DNA of 28,178 bases, from assembly GCA_048884785.1 (NCBI GenBank), contig JBHLQM010000048.1:1-28178 (forward strand). Direction: 5' to 3'. Below the pieces are notes generated by a model. The model was not told the DNA's origin and did no database searches. It saw only the letters and a program-made list of their open reading frames with translations. Shown here piece by piece: positions 7,302 to 15,334 of this stretch; position 1 is the first letter of the stretch, and each line of letters starts with the position of its first letter. This DNA comes from Candidatus Thorarchaeota archaeon. Lineage in GTDB: Archaea > Asgardarchaeota > Thorarchaeia > Thorarchaeales > Thorarchaeaceae. A program made the translations under genes and the position numbers.

Positions 7302-8636
7302 ATGGATTCAAAGACGATAACAGTTGGTATGGACGATATTGATAGTCCTCGAGGTGGATGTACCACTCACTTTGCCAGTCTTGTAGTTGAATTTCTCAAA
7401 GGAATTGATCACTCTTGGCTGGACTACCCGCACCTTATTCGGCTCAACCCAAACATACCCTATCGTACTCGAGGCAATGGTGCGGTTTCGCTTTGCTTTC
7501 GAATTGCTACTCAGCAAATAGACACTTTGGCACACATCATAGAGAATCTTCTAGTGGATTATATGGACATTGGATACCCAAACACAAATCCTGGGATTGT
7601 GTTCATTGAAGAGCCCATTCCTCCTTCCATCCTGCATTTCGCAAATAATGCCATATGGAGAACCGTTTCTAGATCCTTGGCACGACGACTTATTGACCAA
7701 TTCTCATTGCGCCATATTGAGAAAGGAAATGGCCGCGGGCTCATAGGAGCGCTAGCGGCTGCAGGTAACTCTCTTCAGAGTGATTATACGTACGAATACA
7801 TCGCGTATCGTGATCTTGCATTACACAATGGAATTCGTGGGGTGGACAGAGACTCCGTATTTGAAATGAATGAGAAGACAAGAGGAGAAACGTTCTCGAA
7901 TCTCGACCCCACAACTGGCTCAATCCTCATCGAACCACACGGCCCGGATCCGGTTATCTATGGCATCAGAGGCGAAAGCGCAGAGGCTGTTCTAAACGCG
8001 TCGTCATACATCAAAAGCACCCAAAAACCAACTAGATGGATGATTTTCAGGACCAATCAGGGTACAGGTCAGCATCTAACTCATTTCATACAGATTTCGG
8101 AGCTACGTCCCTATATGTCTGCCAAAGTAGCATGCAAGTTAGTTGAACGACCTCAGATACTCGAAGGTGGTCACGTCATATTCAAGGCTTCTGACAATAG
8201 CGGTACGATTGAATGTGCAGCATATGAACCGACAGCTGATTTCAGATGGCTTGTCAGTCAGTTGATAGAAGGCGACGCGCTAGTTTTGCATGTAGGAATT
8301 AGGCCAGCATCGAGAAAACATGGTCTAACTGCAAATGTGGAGGGCGTAGAGATTGTCAACCTATCTGCTGATGTCAAATTCCTTAATCCTATTTGTCCAG
8401 AGTGCGGCCGAAGAATGAAGAGTGCTGGCCGCGATAAGGGATTCAAGTGCGCCTTCTGCAACTACAAGAGCACCTCCATAGAGAAATCAAAGATCTTCAA
8501 AAGAAGAGATATTGCTCCAGGTATCTACCTTCCACCAATGAATGCGCAAAGACATCTTACCCGTCCCTTATCTCGGATTGGTATTAGCAACGAAAACGTT
8601 AGAGTTGGTCTACTTCCCAAATGGTATTCTTTCTGA
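7302..8636 (+). CDS. tiaS: tRNA(Ile2) 2-agmatinylcytidine synthetase
   Basis: GMDDIDS..GGCTTH, LIRLNPNIPYRTRGNG, GRGLIGA, PHGPDPV.YGIRG, TNQGT, AAYEPT, C-terminal Zn ribbon CPECG..MKSAG...C..C, RHLTRP. An alternative start lies at 7284. Confidence 0.96.
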   Translation: MDSKTITVGMDDIDSPRGGCTTHFASLVVEFLKGIDHSWLDYPHLIRLNPNIPYRTRGNGAVSLCFRIATQQIDTLAHIIENLLVDYMDIGYPNTNPGIVFIEEPIPPSILHFANNAIWRTVSRSLARRLIDQFSLRHIEKGNGRGLIGALAAAGNSLQSDYTYEYIAYRDLALHNGIRGVDRDSVFEMNEKTRGETFSNLDPTTGSILIEPHGPDPVIYGIRGESAEAVLNASSYIKSTQKPTRWMIFRTNQGTGQHLTHFIQISELRPYMSAKVACKLVERPQILEGGHVIFKASDNSGTIECAAYEPTADFRWLVSQLIEGDALVLHVGIRPASRKHGLTANVEGVEIVNLSADVKFLNPICPECGRRMKSAGRDKGFKCAFCNYKSTSIEKSKIFKRRDIAPGIYLPPMNAQRHLTRPLSRIGISNENVRVGLLPKWYSF

Positions 8637-8672
8637 ACAACTGGGTGGTATCAGATGAATCCTCGGAATAGG

Positions 8673-9071
8673 CTATACTCTGCGTCCACGGCGACCGCCG
8701 GGTTTTCGAGTACCATCATGGGGCATGGGTGTGACTTCATCGATGATTCCAATTCGAAGTCCAGCTCTGCTAAGTGCACGAATTGCAGCTTGAGCTCCTG
8801 GACCCGGAGTCTTTGGGCCATGACCACCTGGAGCTCGCACACGAATGTGGATTCCATAAATGCCCTTGTCCTTAGCCTCTCGTGCAGCTTGGAAAGCAGC
8901 CTGCATGGCGGCGTGTGGTGACGACTCATTTCTGTCAGCCTTCACCATCATTCCACCTGAAACTCGGGATATGGTTTCGGCACCAGTGATGTCAGTGATA
9001 TGAATAATACTGTCATTATATGAAGCAAAGATATGGGCGATTCCCCATTTTGGTCTCTCATCACTGCTCAT
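8673..9071 (-). CDS. rps11: 30S ribosomal protein S11 (uS11)
   Basis: [48 protein letters not shown]. Confidence 0.98.
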   Translation of the reverse strand: MSSDERPKWGIAHIFASYNDSIIHITDITGAETISRVSGGMMVKADRNESSPHAAMQAAFQAAREAKDKGIYGIHIRVRAPGGHGPKTPGPGAQAAIRALSRAGLRIGIIDEVTPMPHDGTRKPGGRRGRRV

Positions 9072-9691
9072 TCATTATCATCTCCAATCATTTCATCATC
9101 GCCCGGAAGCGGCTCTCTCTCCGGAAGTTCTCCTCCGAACTCCTCTGGTTGTGCTGCTATTCTTTGAGCAATGTCAGACGCTGCGATTCTTGCCGGATGT
9201 GAATCGTCTACCAGAGGTGACCTGCGACTATATTGAAGGTTTTCTTCTTCTGCAATGCTCACAATTCTAGCAGGAGTATTGACCCGTGCGCCATCCAGCG
9301 AAATATGTCCATGTGTGACCAGCTGTCTTGCGTGATACATTGAACAGGCAAGACCTTTCCTGAAGACAATTGTCTGTAATCGACGTTCTAGAACATCCTC
9401 TAGAGTCAAGTCAAGCACATGATCAAGAATCAACTCGCCTTTCAAAACCCCTCTTCGTGCAAGCATATTCACCAATTCTGTTTCCTGCAGCTTGCGCTCA
9501 CTTTCAGGAAGTGCAAGAAGATTCCTTGCTGCTCGACGGTAGCTTGATAATTTAGTTCTGTGACGCCAGAGTTCCTTCTTATTTCTTAATCCGTATGCTC
9601 CTATCAGCTGTAATTCCTGTTCAAATCTCTCTGAATCAAAAGGTCGCTTGGGTGTTACGTATTTCTTCTTCTGGCGTTTTGGATCTCCCAT
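9068..9691 (-). CDS. rps4: 30S ribosomal protein S4 (uS4)
   Basis: [43 protein letters not shown]. Confidence 0.98.
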   Translation of the reverse strand: MGDPKRQKKKYVTPKRPFDSERFEQELQLIGAYGLRNKKELWRHRTKLSSYRRAARNLLALPESERKLQETELVNMLARRGVLKGELILDHVLDLTLEDVLERRLQTIVFRKGLACSMYHARQLVTHGHISLDGARVNTPARIVSIAEEENLQYSRRSPLVDDSHPARIAASDIAQRIAAQPEEFGGELPEREPLPGDDEMIGDDNE

Positions 9692-9703
9692 AATATCACA
9701 CTC

Positions 9704-10156
9704 TTACTCTTTCTTTCTTGAAACCCCTACAGCTACACCGCCTCTACCTGTTGTGCGAGTGTGTTGGCCTCTGACCTTCAAATTCAGCGAATGTCTGATT
9801 CCACGCCAAGATTTGATTCTCTTCAAACGGTCAATATCGTTTCTGTTAGCAAAATCGAGGTCCGAGCCTATTAGGTGAAGCATTCTTCCGCTCAATCTGT
9901 CTTTGGGTCTATTAACGTACCACTCTGGCATATTGGCCTTTAGCGGATCTTTTATGATGCCTTCAATGCCTGCAATATCCTTGTCAGTCAGATAGCCGAG
10001 TCTCTTTGAGGGATCGAGCTTCAATTGCTTGATAATACTTGATGACATCATCAAGCCCACTCCTCTAATTCTAGTTATCCCTTGGAGTAGATTCTCTTGG
10101 CCATCAATGTCGTGGCCTGCCATTCTTACAATATGTCTGTATTCTTGCTCGGACAT
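9704..10156 (-). CDS. rps13: 30S ribosomal protein S13 (uS13)
   Basis: RHIVR..G.DIDG, IRGVG, P.W..NR.KD, SWRGIRH..LKVRGQHTRTTGR. Confidence 0.98.
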   Translation of the reverse strand: MSEQEYRHIVRMAGHDIDGQENLLQGITRIRGVGLMMSSSIIKQLKLDPSKRLGYLTDKDIAGIEGIIKDPLKANMPEWYVNRPKDRLSGRMLHLIGSDLDFANRNDIDRLKRIKSWRGIRHSLNLKVRGQHTRTTGRGGVAVGVSRKKE

Positions 10157-10294
10157 AGTAAATACCCTCAGGCTGAATAATCATGAGGCTTGTTCGCCTC
10201 TTGGAGATGCCTTATAACAGTTATCATCAGACAAAGCAAAGTTCGGGGTGTCTATAAGGTATAACAAGACTTGTAGTATGGAGAGAGCACCATC

Positions 10295-10723
10295 ATGCCG
10301 CGCGAAAAAAGTGATGATGGTAGTAGTCCTACCGCCGAAGAACCGGATTTAGGCCCCTCAGTTTTAGCATCAGTGCCTGAGGTACTAAGAGCCAAGCTGA
10401 GAGAGTCCATTATCGAGTCTGAAAAGAACAAATCATCAACTCTAATATCAAGTAATACTCTGGCAAACAGCTTCATCTTTGAACGATGGGGGATTCGGTC
10501 CTCACAGCGACGAAGGTATCGCAACCTGTTTTCTCAGGTTCGGCGCCAGTGCAGAAATGTATTCCGTCATTACCTCCAGCGTGGATGGCTAGAAGTGAAA
10601 GACGAGTCGAAGAAACATACATTTGGAGTCTACAAATATGACGACAAGAGAGGAAATTTGATACTTGGGTTCGTCCGCATGGCTCCCGGATCAGAATGGA
10701 GGGTTCGTTCTGCTGCTGGTTAA
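10295..10723 (+). CDS. Hypothetical basic protein (possible nucleic-acid binder)
   Basis: 142-aa ATG ORF with an upstream tctataag TATA-like element. Arg-rich helix followed by a beta-hairpin. No family recognised. Confidence 0.6.
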   Translation: MPREKSDDGSSPTAEEPDLGPSVLASVPEVLRAKLRESIIESEKNKSSTLISSNTLANSFIFERWGIRSSQRRRYRNLFSQVRRQCRNVFRHYLQRGWLEVKDESKKHTFGVYKYDDKRGNLILGFVRMAPGSEWRVRSAAG

Positions 10724-11643
10724 TCTTGCGAATCATCCGCATCGATATCTTCTTCATCAATGAATCTTAGAAGTTCATCTGCTGGTACATCCGGAACAGC
10801 CACATTGACATGCTTGGCGGCTGTATTCAAAAGAATCCTAAGAATGTCATCTCTATATGCAAGATCCACGGCTACCATGGGATGGGTTTCAGCTCCGACG
10901 ATTCTTTCTATTATTGATGAGTCAAGTGCATTTGGCTTGTCTTGTTTATTGGCAATCACTACTATTGGAACATTGGGTGCATCACGCCTTATCATCTGAA
11001 ACATTTCTTTTGATAGCAATACATTCCTCAACGTTGAATCTGTCAATAGAAAAACCATGTCTGCACCCTTGAAATAGAACTTCCAGAGCCTTCTGAATCT
11101 CTCTTGTCCGGCAAAGTCCCATATTACGAGCGAATAATTGGCGAAGTGGATATTCTCAATTGTTTCCATCCCTAGCGCTATGGTTGGTATGTATTGCTTT
11201 GGCGGAGATTTTCCCATGAGAAGGTGCAGGGTAGTAGTTTTACCAACTCCACCCTCTCCAACCAAGGCGATTTTCAGGCGCGAGTGAACAAAGGGTGTGA
11301 TTATTCTCTCATATGTCGCTTTTATGTGAGCCACTGAAGATTTCTTTAACGTATTTGATAATGACTTTGCTGCTGCACTCACCTTCTCATTCAATACACG
11401 GTCGTTTTCGTCAAAATCAGTGATGAATATTAGAAGCAGGTCATTGCCGCAATCCCTGCTGTAGTACTTATTATCATTGATTGTCAGAGGAATATCTTCT
11501 CGCCCATGAGAAACCTTGCTCAGTGTTGAACGCATCTTCAGATATTCTCGTATATCACTTCTAGGAACCTCAGTAGTCCAGTACTGTGATCCCACTACTG
11601 TTCGCTTGCTCTTTGTGCGAATCAGAAGTGTTGTATGTATCAC
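10720..11643 (-). CDS. Longin-like domain fused to an Arf-like small GTPase
   Basis: The N-terminal ~115 aa have a longin-like pattern (LLI..., KYYSR....LLLIFITD..E). The C-terminal GTPase has GEGGVGKTT, PTI, WDFAGQERFRRLW..YF and NKQD. Confidence 0.85.
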   Translation of the reverse strand: MIHTTLLIRTKSKRTVVGSQYWTTEVPRSDIREYLKMRSTLSKVSHGREDIPLTINDNKYYSRDCGNDLLLIFITDFDENDRVLNEKVSAAAKSLSNTLKKSSVAHIKATYERIITPFVHSRLKIALVGEGGVGKTTTLHLLMGKSPPKQYIPTIALGMETIENIHFANYSLVIWDFAGQERFRRLWKFYFKGADMVFLLTDSTLRNVLLSKEMFQMIRRDAPNVPIVVIANKQDKPNALDSSIIERIVGAETHPMVAVDLAYRDDILRILLNTAAKHVNVAVPDVPADELLRFIDEEDIDADDSQD

Positions 11644-11782
11644 AGGCTATCCCTTCAGGTATCAATGTACTCTATGAGAAATGGCTAAGTCTCGAGTGGC
11701 AAATCCAAATAGACATCGCTCTTCGTACCCTGAGATTATTAAATTGTGCTTGGATGAACGCCCGTCAATCCTGAAAACAAGA

Positions 11783-11933
11783 TGGCGCCGAGGATGAGAT
11801 TCGAACTCTGGCAAAACCAAACGAGATGTTCGGTTTTCATGCCTCCTATTGGAGAACAGCTGCCTGAGAGTCAATCGATTCTCCGACTAACAATTCCAGG
11901 CTGTCGCCGTAATCCTGGCTTGGCTACCTCGGC
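11783..11933 (-). tRNA. tRNA-Ser(GGA) with two introns (37/38: 11862-11893; 51/52: 11808-11837), encoded CCA
   Basis: Acceptor stem GCCGAGG/CCTCGGC plus G73-CCA. Anticodon stem ACAGC/GCTGT with CT-GGA-A. Long variable arm CTCC/GGAG. T arm ATGAG-TTCGAAT-CTCAT is restored after removing the 30-nt intron. Mature length 89 nt. Confidence 0.93.
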
Positions 11934-11959
11934 TTGATTTGTGATGATTCCATGTCTTG

Positions 11960-11965
11960 TTTTAA
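11960..11965 (-). promoter_or_regulatory. Putative TATA box for tRNA-Ser
   Basis: TTAAAA on the minus strand about 27-32 nt upstream of the tRNA 5' end. Confidence 0.45.
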
Positions 11966-12008
11966 GGGTGACGGACAACCCACGAAAAGAGCATATTGCC
12001 TTATCGAC

Positions 12009-13052
12009 TCAGGGCTTAGCTTGATGAGCCGCCAGCCTGTACGATACTTCTCCCACATAATTCGTTTTCATCATTTCAATGACCTTTTCTGAATCTCTAG
12101 TATGACCAAGTACCCAGGCGAGTTTTACAAGCGCGGCTTCAGATGTCATATCTTGAGCTCCCATCGCTCCGACCTCCAATGCTGCTCGCCCAACCTCGTA
12201 GACTGACAAATCTGTCTGCCCATAGGTGCATTGTGAACTGACAACTATGAAGCACCCCATTGATATGGCTTGGCTAATACCATCAGTCAGGGAGTTTTCT
12301 TCGCTGGGGAGACTCCCTTCTCCATATCCCTCCAGAACTATCCCATGATAGCCCATGTCTACAATCCTACTGAGAATCCTGGGGGGGATGCCCGGAAATA
12401 CTTTGAGAAGAAACACACGGTCATCAAGTCGAGTGTCAAATCGAGGAACGAGATTGTGCCTGATCCTTCGTCCTTCATAGAGTACAATCTCTCTTGCCAT
12501 CACTCCTATTGGTCTTGGGTCCATGGTGTCAAACGCATCATATGTGTTTGACCTTGTCTTCTTCGTTCGTGTTGGACGGTGTATCTCTCCATTAAACACA
12601 ATGCATGTTTCAGCCAGGTCTGCATATGCAGCAAGTCGGATTGCGTCTAGTAGATTTCTTGGCCCATCACTCCAAGGGATTGCTGCAGATATCTGTGAGC
12701 CCGTGAATACTATTGGCTTCCCGAAGTCTTGGACCATGAAACTGACTGCCGATGCTGAATACACCATTGTGTCTGTACCATGAGTGACGACGATACCGTT
12801 CAAGTCGGGGATCTCTTCATCCACTTCTTTCACAGCGGTTGCTATATCTTGCCAATGATGCGGTTGAAAATTCGCGGAATCAAATTGAAAGAGGTCGCGC
12901 TTTATTACTTCTATATTGCTCATTCCTGGGGGAAGCGTGGCAAGCAACTGGTCCACCTTTAGACCCGGACGGAGTGATTGTGTGTCTTCATCAGACACAC
13001 TAGCAATAGTTCCTCCGGTGGCGATGATACAGACCTTAGATTTATCTGACAT
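12009..13052 (-). CDS. ansA: L-asparaginase type I
   Basis: ATGGTIAS, THGTDTM, IVFTGSQ, GIVLEGYG.G, DMTSEAALVKL.W.LG. Lacks the GatD N-terminal domain. Confidence 0.9.
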   Translation of the reverse strand: MSDKSKVCIIATGGTIASVSDEDTQSLRPGLKVDQLLATLPPGMSNIEVIKRDLFQFDSANFQPHHWQDIATAVKEVDEEIPDLNGIVVTHGTDTMVYSASAVSFMVQDFGKPIVFTGSQISAAIPWSDGPRNLLDAIRLAAYADLAETCIVFNGEIHRPTRTKKTRSNTYDAFDTMDPRPIGVMAREIVLYEGRRIRHNLVPRFDTRLDDRVFLLKVFPGIPPRILSRIVDMGYHGIVLEGYGEGSLPSEENSLTDGISQAISMGCFIVVSSQCTYGQTDLSVYEVGRAALEVGAMGAQDMTSEAALVKLAWVLGHTRDSEKVIEMMKTNYVGEVSYRLAAHQAKP

Positions 13053-13136
13053 TTGAATACCCCTCTGTCAAGCCTAAGTGAATAATACCAATTTAACGAT
13101 GTTGACAGGATTATATTGTGGGTGGTGTGAAGGAAC

Positions 13137-14342
13137 TTGCACGATCTTGTGGTAGTAGGCGGCGGGCCTAGTGGTTCAACATGTGCAAGAGACGCCGCGT
13201 TGAGGGGATTGGATGTAGTTCTGATTGAACAGGCCGCCTTTCCGCGTGACAAATTATGCGGAGGTGCCCTGAGCCCGAGAGTTTCCTCCATACTTGATTT
13301 TGACATTTCGTCGGTTATTGAGCGGCCTGTACATTGTGCTGCCGTACACGCCCCCTCCGGACGAAAATTCAAAGTGGTGAGAAAGGACGTAACAGGTCAC
13401 ACAGTTAAACGCAGGAACTTTGATAATTATCTGCTTCAGAAAGCCTCGGAAGCGGGTGCAGAAATCGTAGAGAATACAAAGGTTTTCGCAATTGAGCATT
13501 TAAAATCAAGCATCAGGATTCTGTCTCACGGCGATTCTTTCAGGAGTCATCTATTAGTTGGTGCCGATGGAGTCAATAGCACTATTGCACGTGAGTCAGG
13601 AATACGAAAAGGATGGCCACCTCAACGAGTAGCTCTGAGCATCGCGGCGGATATACCAATGGACCCAGACGAGATCGAGAGAATTCTGGGCTTTGAAGGC
13701 TGTATGGGTCTTCCTGCTATTGAACTGTATCTGTGGGCGATTCAAAATGGCTATGGTTGGTGTTTTCCCAAACGAGATGAAATCAATCTGGGTCTTGGAT
13801 ATATGATGAAGCATCAGATTGAGAATCTCAGAGTAGGCTGGAAGGCATTCCTTCAGCGATTTGAGGAAGAAAAGGGAGTGCACCTAGATACTTCAAATCA
13901 AAGTGCTTTCAGAGTTCCGCTGGGTAGATTAGATTTGAAGGTGACTTCTCGTCGAACAATGCTTGTAGGTGACGCCGCTGGTCTTGTTTCACCAATCACG
14001 GGAGAGGGCATTTACTATGCCATTCGTTCAGGGCAAATTGCAGCACAAGTGGCAGTAGAAACTGTGAAGGGGAGAAATCCCTACCATGTTGCTCAATATG
14101 AGCGTCGCCTAAAGAAAGAGTTCGGTACTGAATTCAGCGCCGCAAATTTCGCTTCGGGTGTTGCATACAAGTCTGAACGAAATGTCGAGCTACTCTGTCA
14201 ACTTGCAGTAGATGATTTAGTTCTTCAGAATCTCATTATAGACCTAGCACTCGGAGTGCGTTCAATCTCGTCAATTCGAATGGATATTACAAAACATATG
14301 CTACGTCATTATCCCCTCAAATCGTTGCGTTTGCTCGCCTAG
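13137..14342 (+). CDS. Geranylgeranyl reductase family FAD-dependent oxidoreductase
   Basis: GGGPSG, FPRDKLCGG, VGADG..S, YGWCFPK, LVGDAAG.VSP.TGEGI. TTG start with SD ggtggtg. Confidence 0.9.
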   Translation: MHDLVVVGGGPSGSTCARDAALRGLDVVLIEQAAFPRDKLCGGALSPRVSSILDFDISSVIERPVHCAAVHAPSGRKFKVVRKDVTGHTVKRRNFDNYLLQKASEAGAEIVENTKVFAIEHLKSSIRILSHGDSFRSHLLVGADGVNSTIARESGIRKGWPPQRVALSIAADIPMDPDEIERILGFEGCMGLPAIELYLWAIQNGYGWCFPKRDEINLGLGYMMKHQIENLRVGWKAFLQRFEEEKGVHLDTSNQSAFRVPLGRLDLKVTSRRTMLVGDAAGLVSPITGEGIYYAIRSGQIAAQVAVETVKGRNPYHVAQYERRLKKEFGTEFSAANFASGVAYKSERNVELLCQLAVDDLVLQNLIIDLALGVRSISSIRMDITKHMLRHYPLKSLRLLA

Positions 14343-15277
14343 GTTTCAGGATTCTCAACCGAAACCGTTCCATCTAGTGAGAGGCTGATTCTCATGAGAT
14401 CTTTCGCAAGTACAGATTTTTCGAAGATGCCCTGTGCCTCCTCGAGCAATACCTCGTCATCTTCATATCTCGGACTATAATGTGTCAAGACGAGCAAGCC
14501 AACATCACATTCGGCTGCAATCTCAGCGGCCTGTGAGGCCGTAGAATGGCCCCTCTCAGCAGCCAATGCTGTATGATCACTCGTATACATTGCCTCGTGA
14601 ATTAAAATGTCCGCCTTTTCGGATGCCTCTCTTATCGCATCGCAGGGCCGTGTATCTCCAGAGTAGACAATTTTAATGCCCTTGTTCGGGGGAAGTGTTA
14701 CCTGCTCAGGTGTGACCAGTGTGCCATTTGGCAGCCTGACCGAATCTCCTGAAGCCAACTTGCCCCACAACGATCCCTTTGGAACTCCCAGCTCCACCGC
14801 CTTCTCCGGAAGAAACGTACCTGTGGGTCGCTGATGTTTGAATTCGTAGCCAAGAGAAAAGCCTCTATGATCGACCTCAAAGGTTCTTATCGAAGCACAG
14901 TCATCTGAGAAGATTGTTCCCCCTTTTTCAATTCCATAGACTGTCGTTTCGAATGTAGTGCCCAAATTGATAGTACTCTGCGCCATCTTTACCCAGTTGA
15001 TTAGCCCAACTGGCCCATACACCTGCAATGGCTTTATTCTTCCCAAAAGCGAGAAGCGTAAAAGAATTCCTGGAAGTCCTAGAAGATGATCCGAGTGTAG
15101 ATGACTTACAAAAATTGCCATCTTGCGGTTAATTCCAAATGGTTCTATCCGTCTCTGAACATCCTCTCCTGCATCAAACAGTAAATTCCACCCTTCATAC
15201 TTGAGGAGAATAGCAGGATGGTTCCTGTTTGCTGTGGGAATACTGCCTCCCGAGCCCAGAATTACTACTTCAACCAT
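14339..15277 (-). CDS. rnz: Ribonuclease Z (tRNA 3' endonuclease)
   Basis: LGSGGSIPT..RN, FDAGE, SHLHSDH, flexible-arm GVPKG..WGKL, YSGDTRP, HEA, GHST, LTHYSPRY. Confidence 0.95.
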   Translation of the reverse strand: MVEVVILGSGGSIPTANRNHPAILLKYEGWNLLFDAGEDVQRRIEPFGINRKMAIFVSHLHSDHLLGLPGILLRFSLLGRIKPLQVYGPVGLINWVKMAQSTINLGTTFETTVYGIEKGGTIFSDDCASIRTFEVDHRGFSLGYEFKHQRPTGTFLPEKAVELGVPKGSLWGKLASGDSVRLPNGTLVTPEQVTLPPNKGIKIVYSGDTRPCDAIREASEKADILIHEAMYTSDHTALAAERGHSTASQAAEIAAECDVGLLVLTHYSPRYEDDEVLLEEAQGIFEKSVLAKDLMRISLSLDGTVSVENPET

Positions 15278-15334
15278 CTGAAATCATCCACAATCGTATA
15301 TTCTGACACTGATATGGATTGTGCACCCTCGTTC

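Noticed and set aside
10200-11782. Integrated mobile element at the tRNA-Ser 3' end
   Set aside because: No integrase or transposase, and no direct repeat of the tRNA 3' end seen.
11662-11874. 70-aa ORF on the minus strand
   Set aside because: Overlaps the tRNA-Ser gene and shows no protein features.
12009-13052. GatD (Glu-tRNA(Gln) amidotransferase subunit)
   Set aside because: Lacks the ~80-aa GatD N-terminal domain, and there is no adjacent gatE. Length fits a type I asparaginase.
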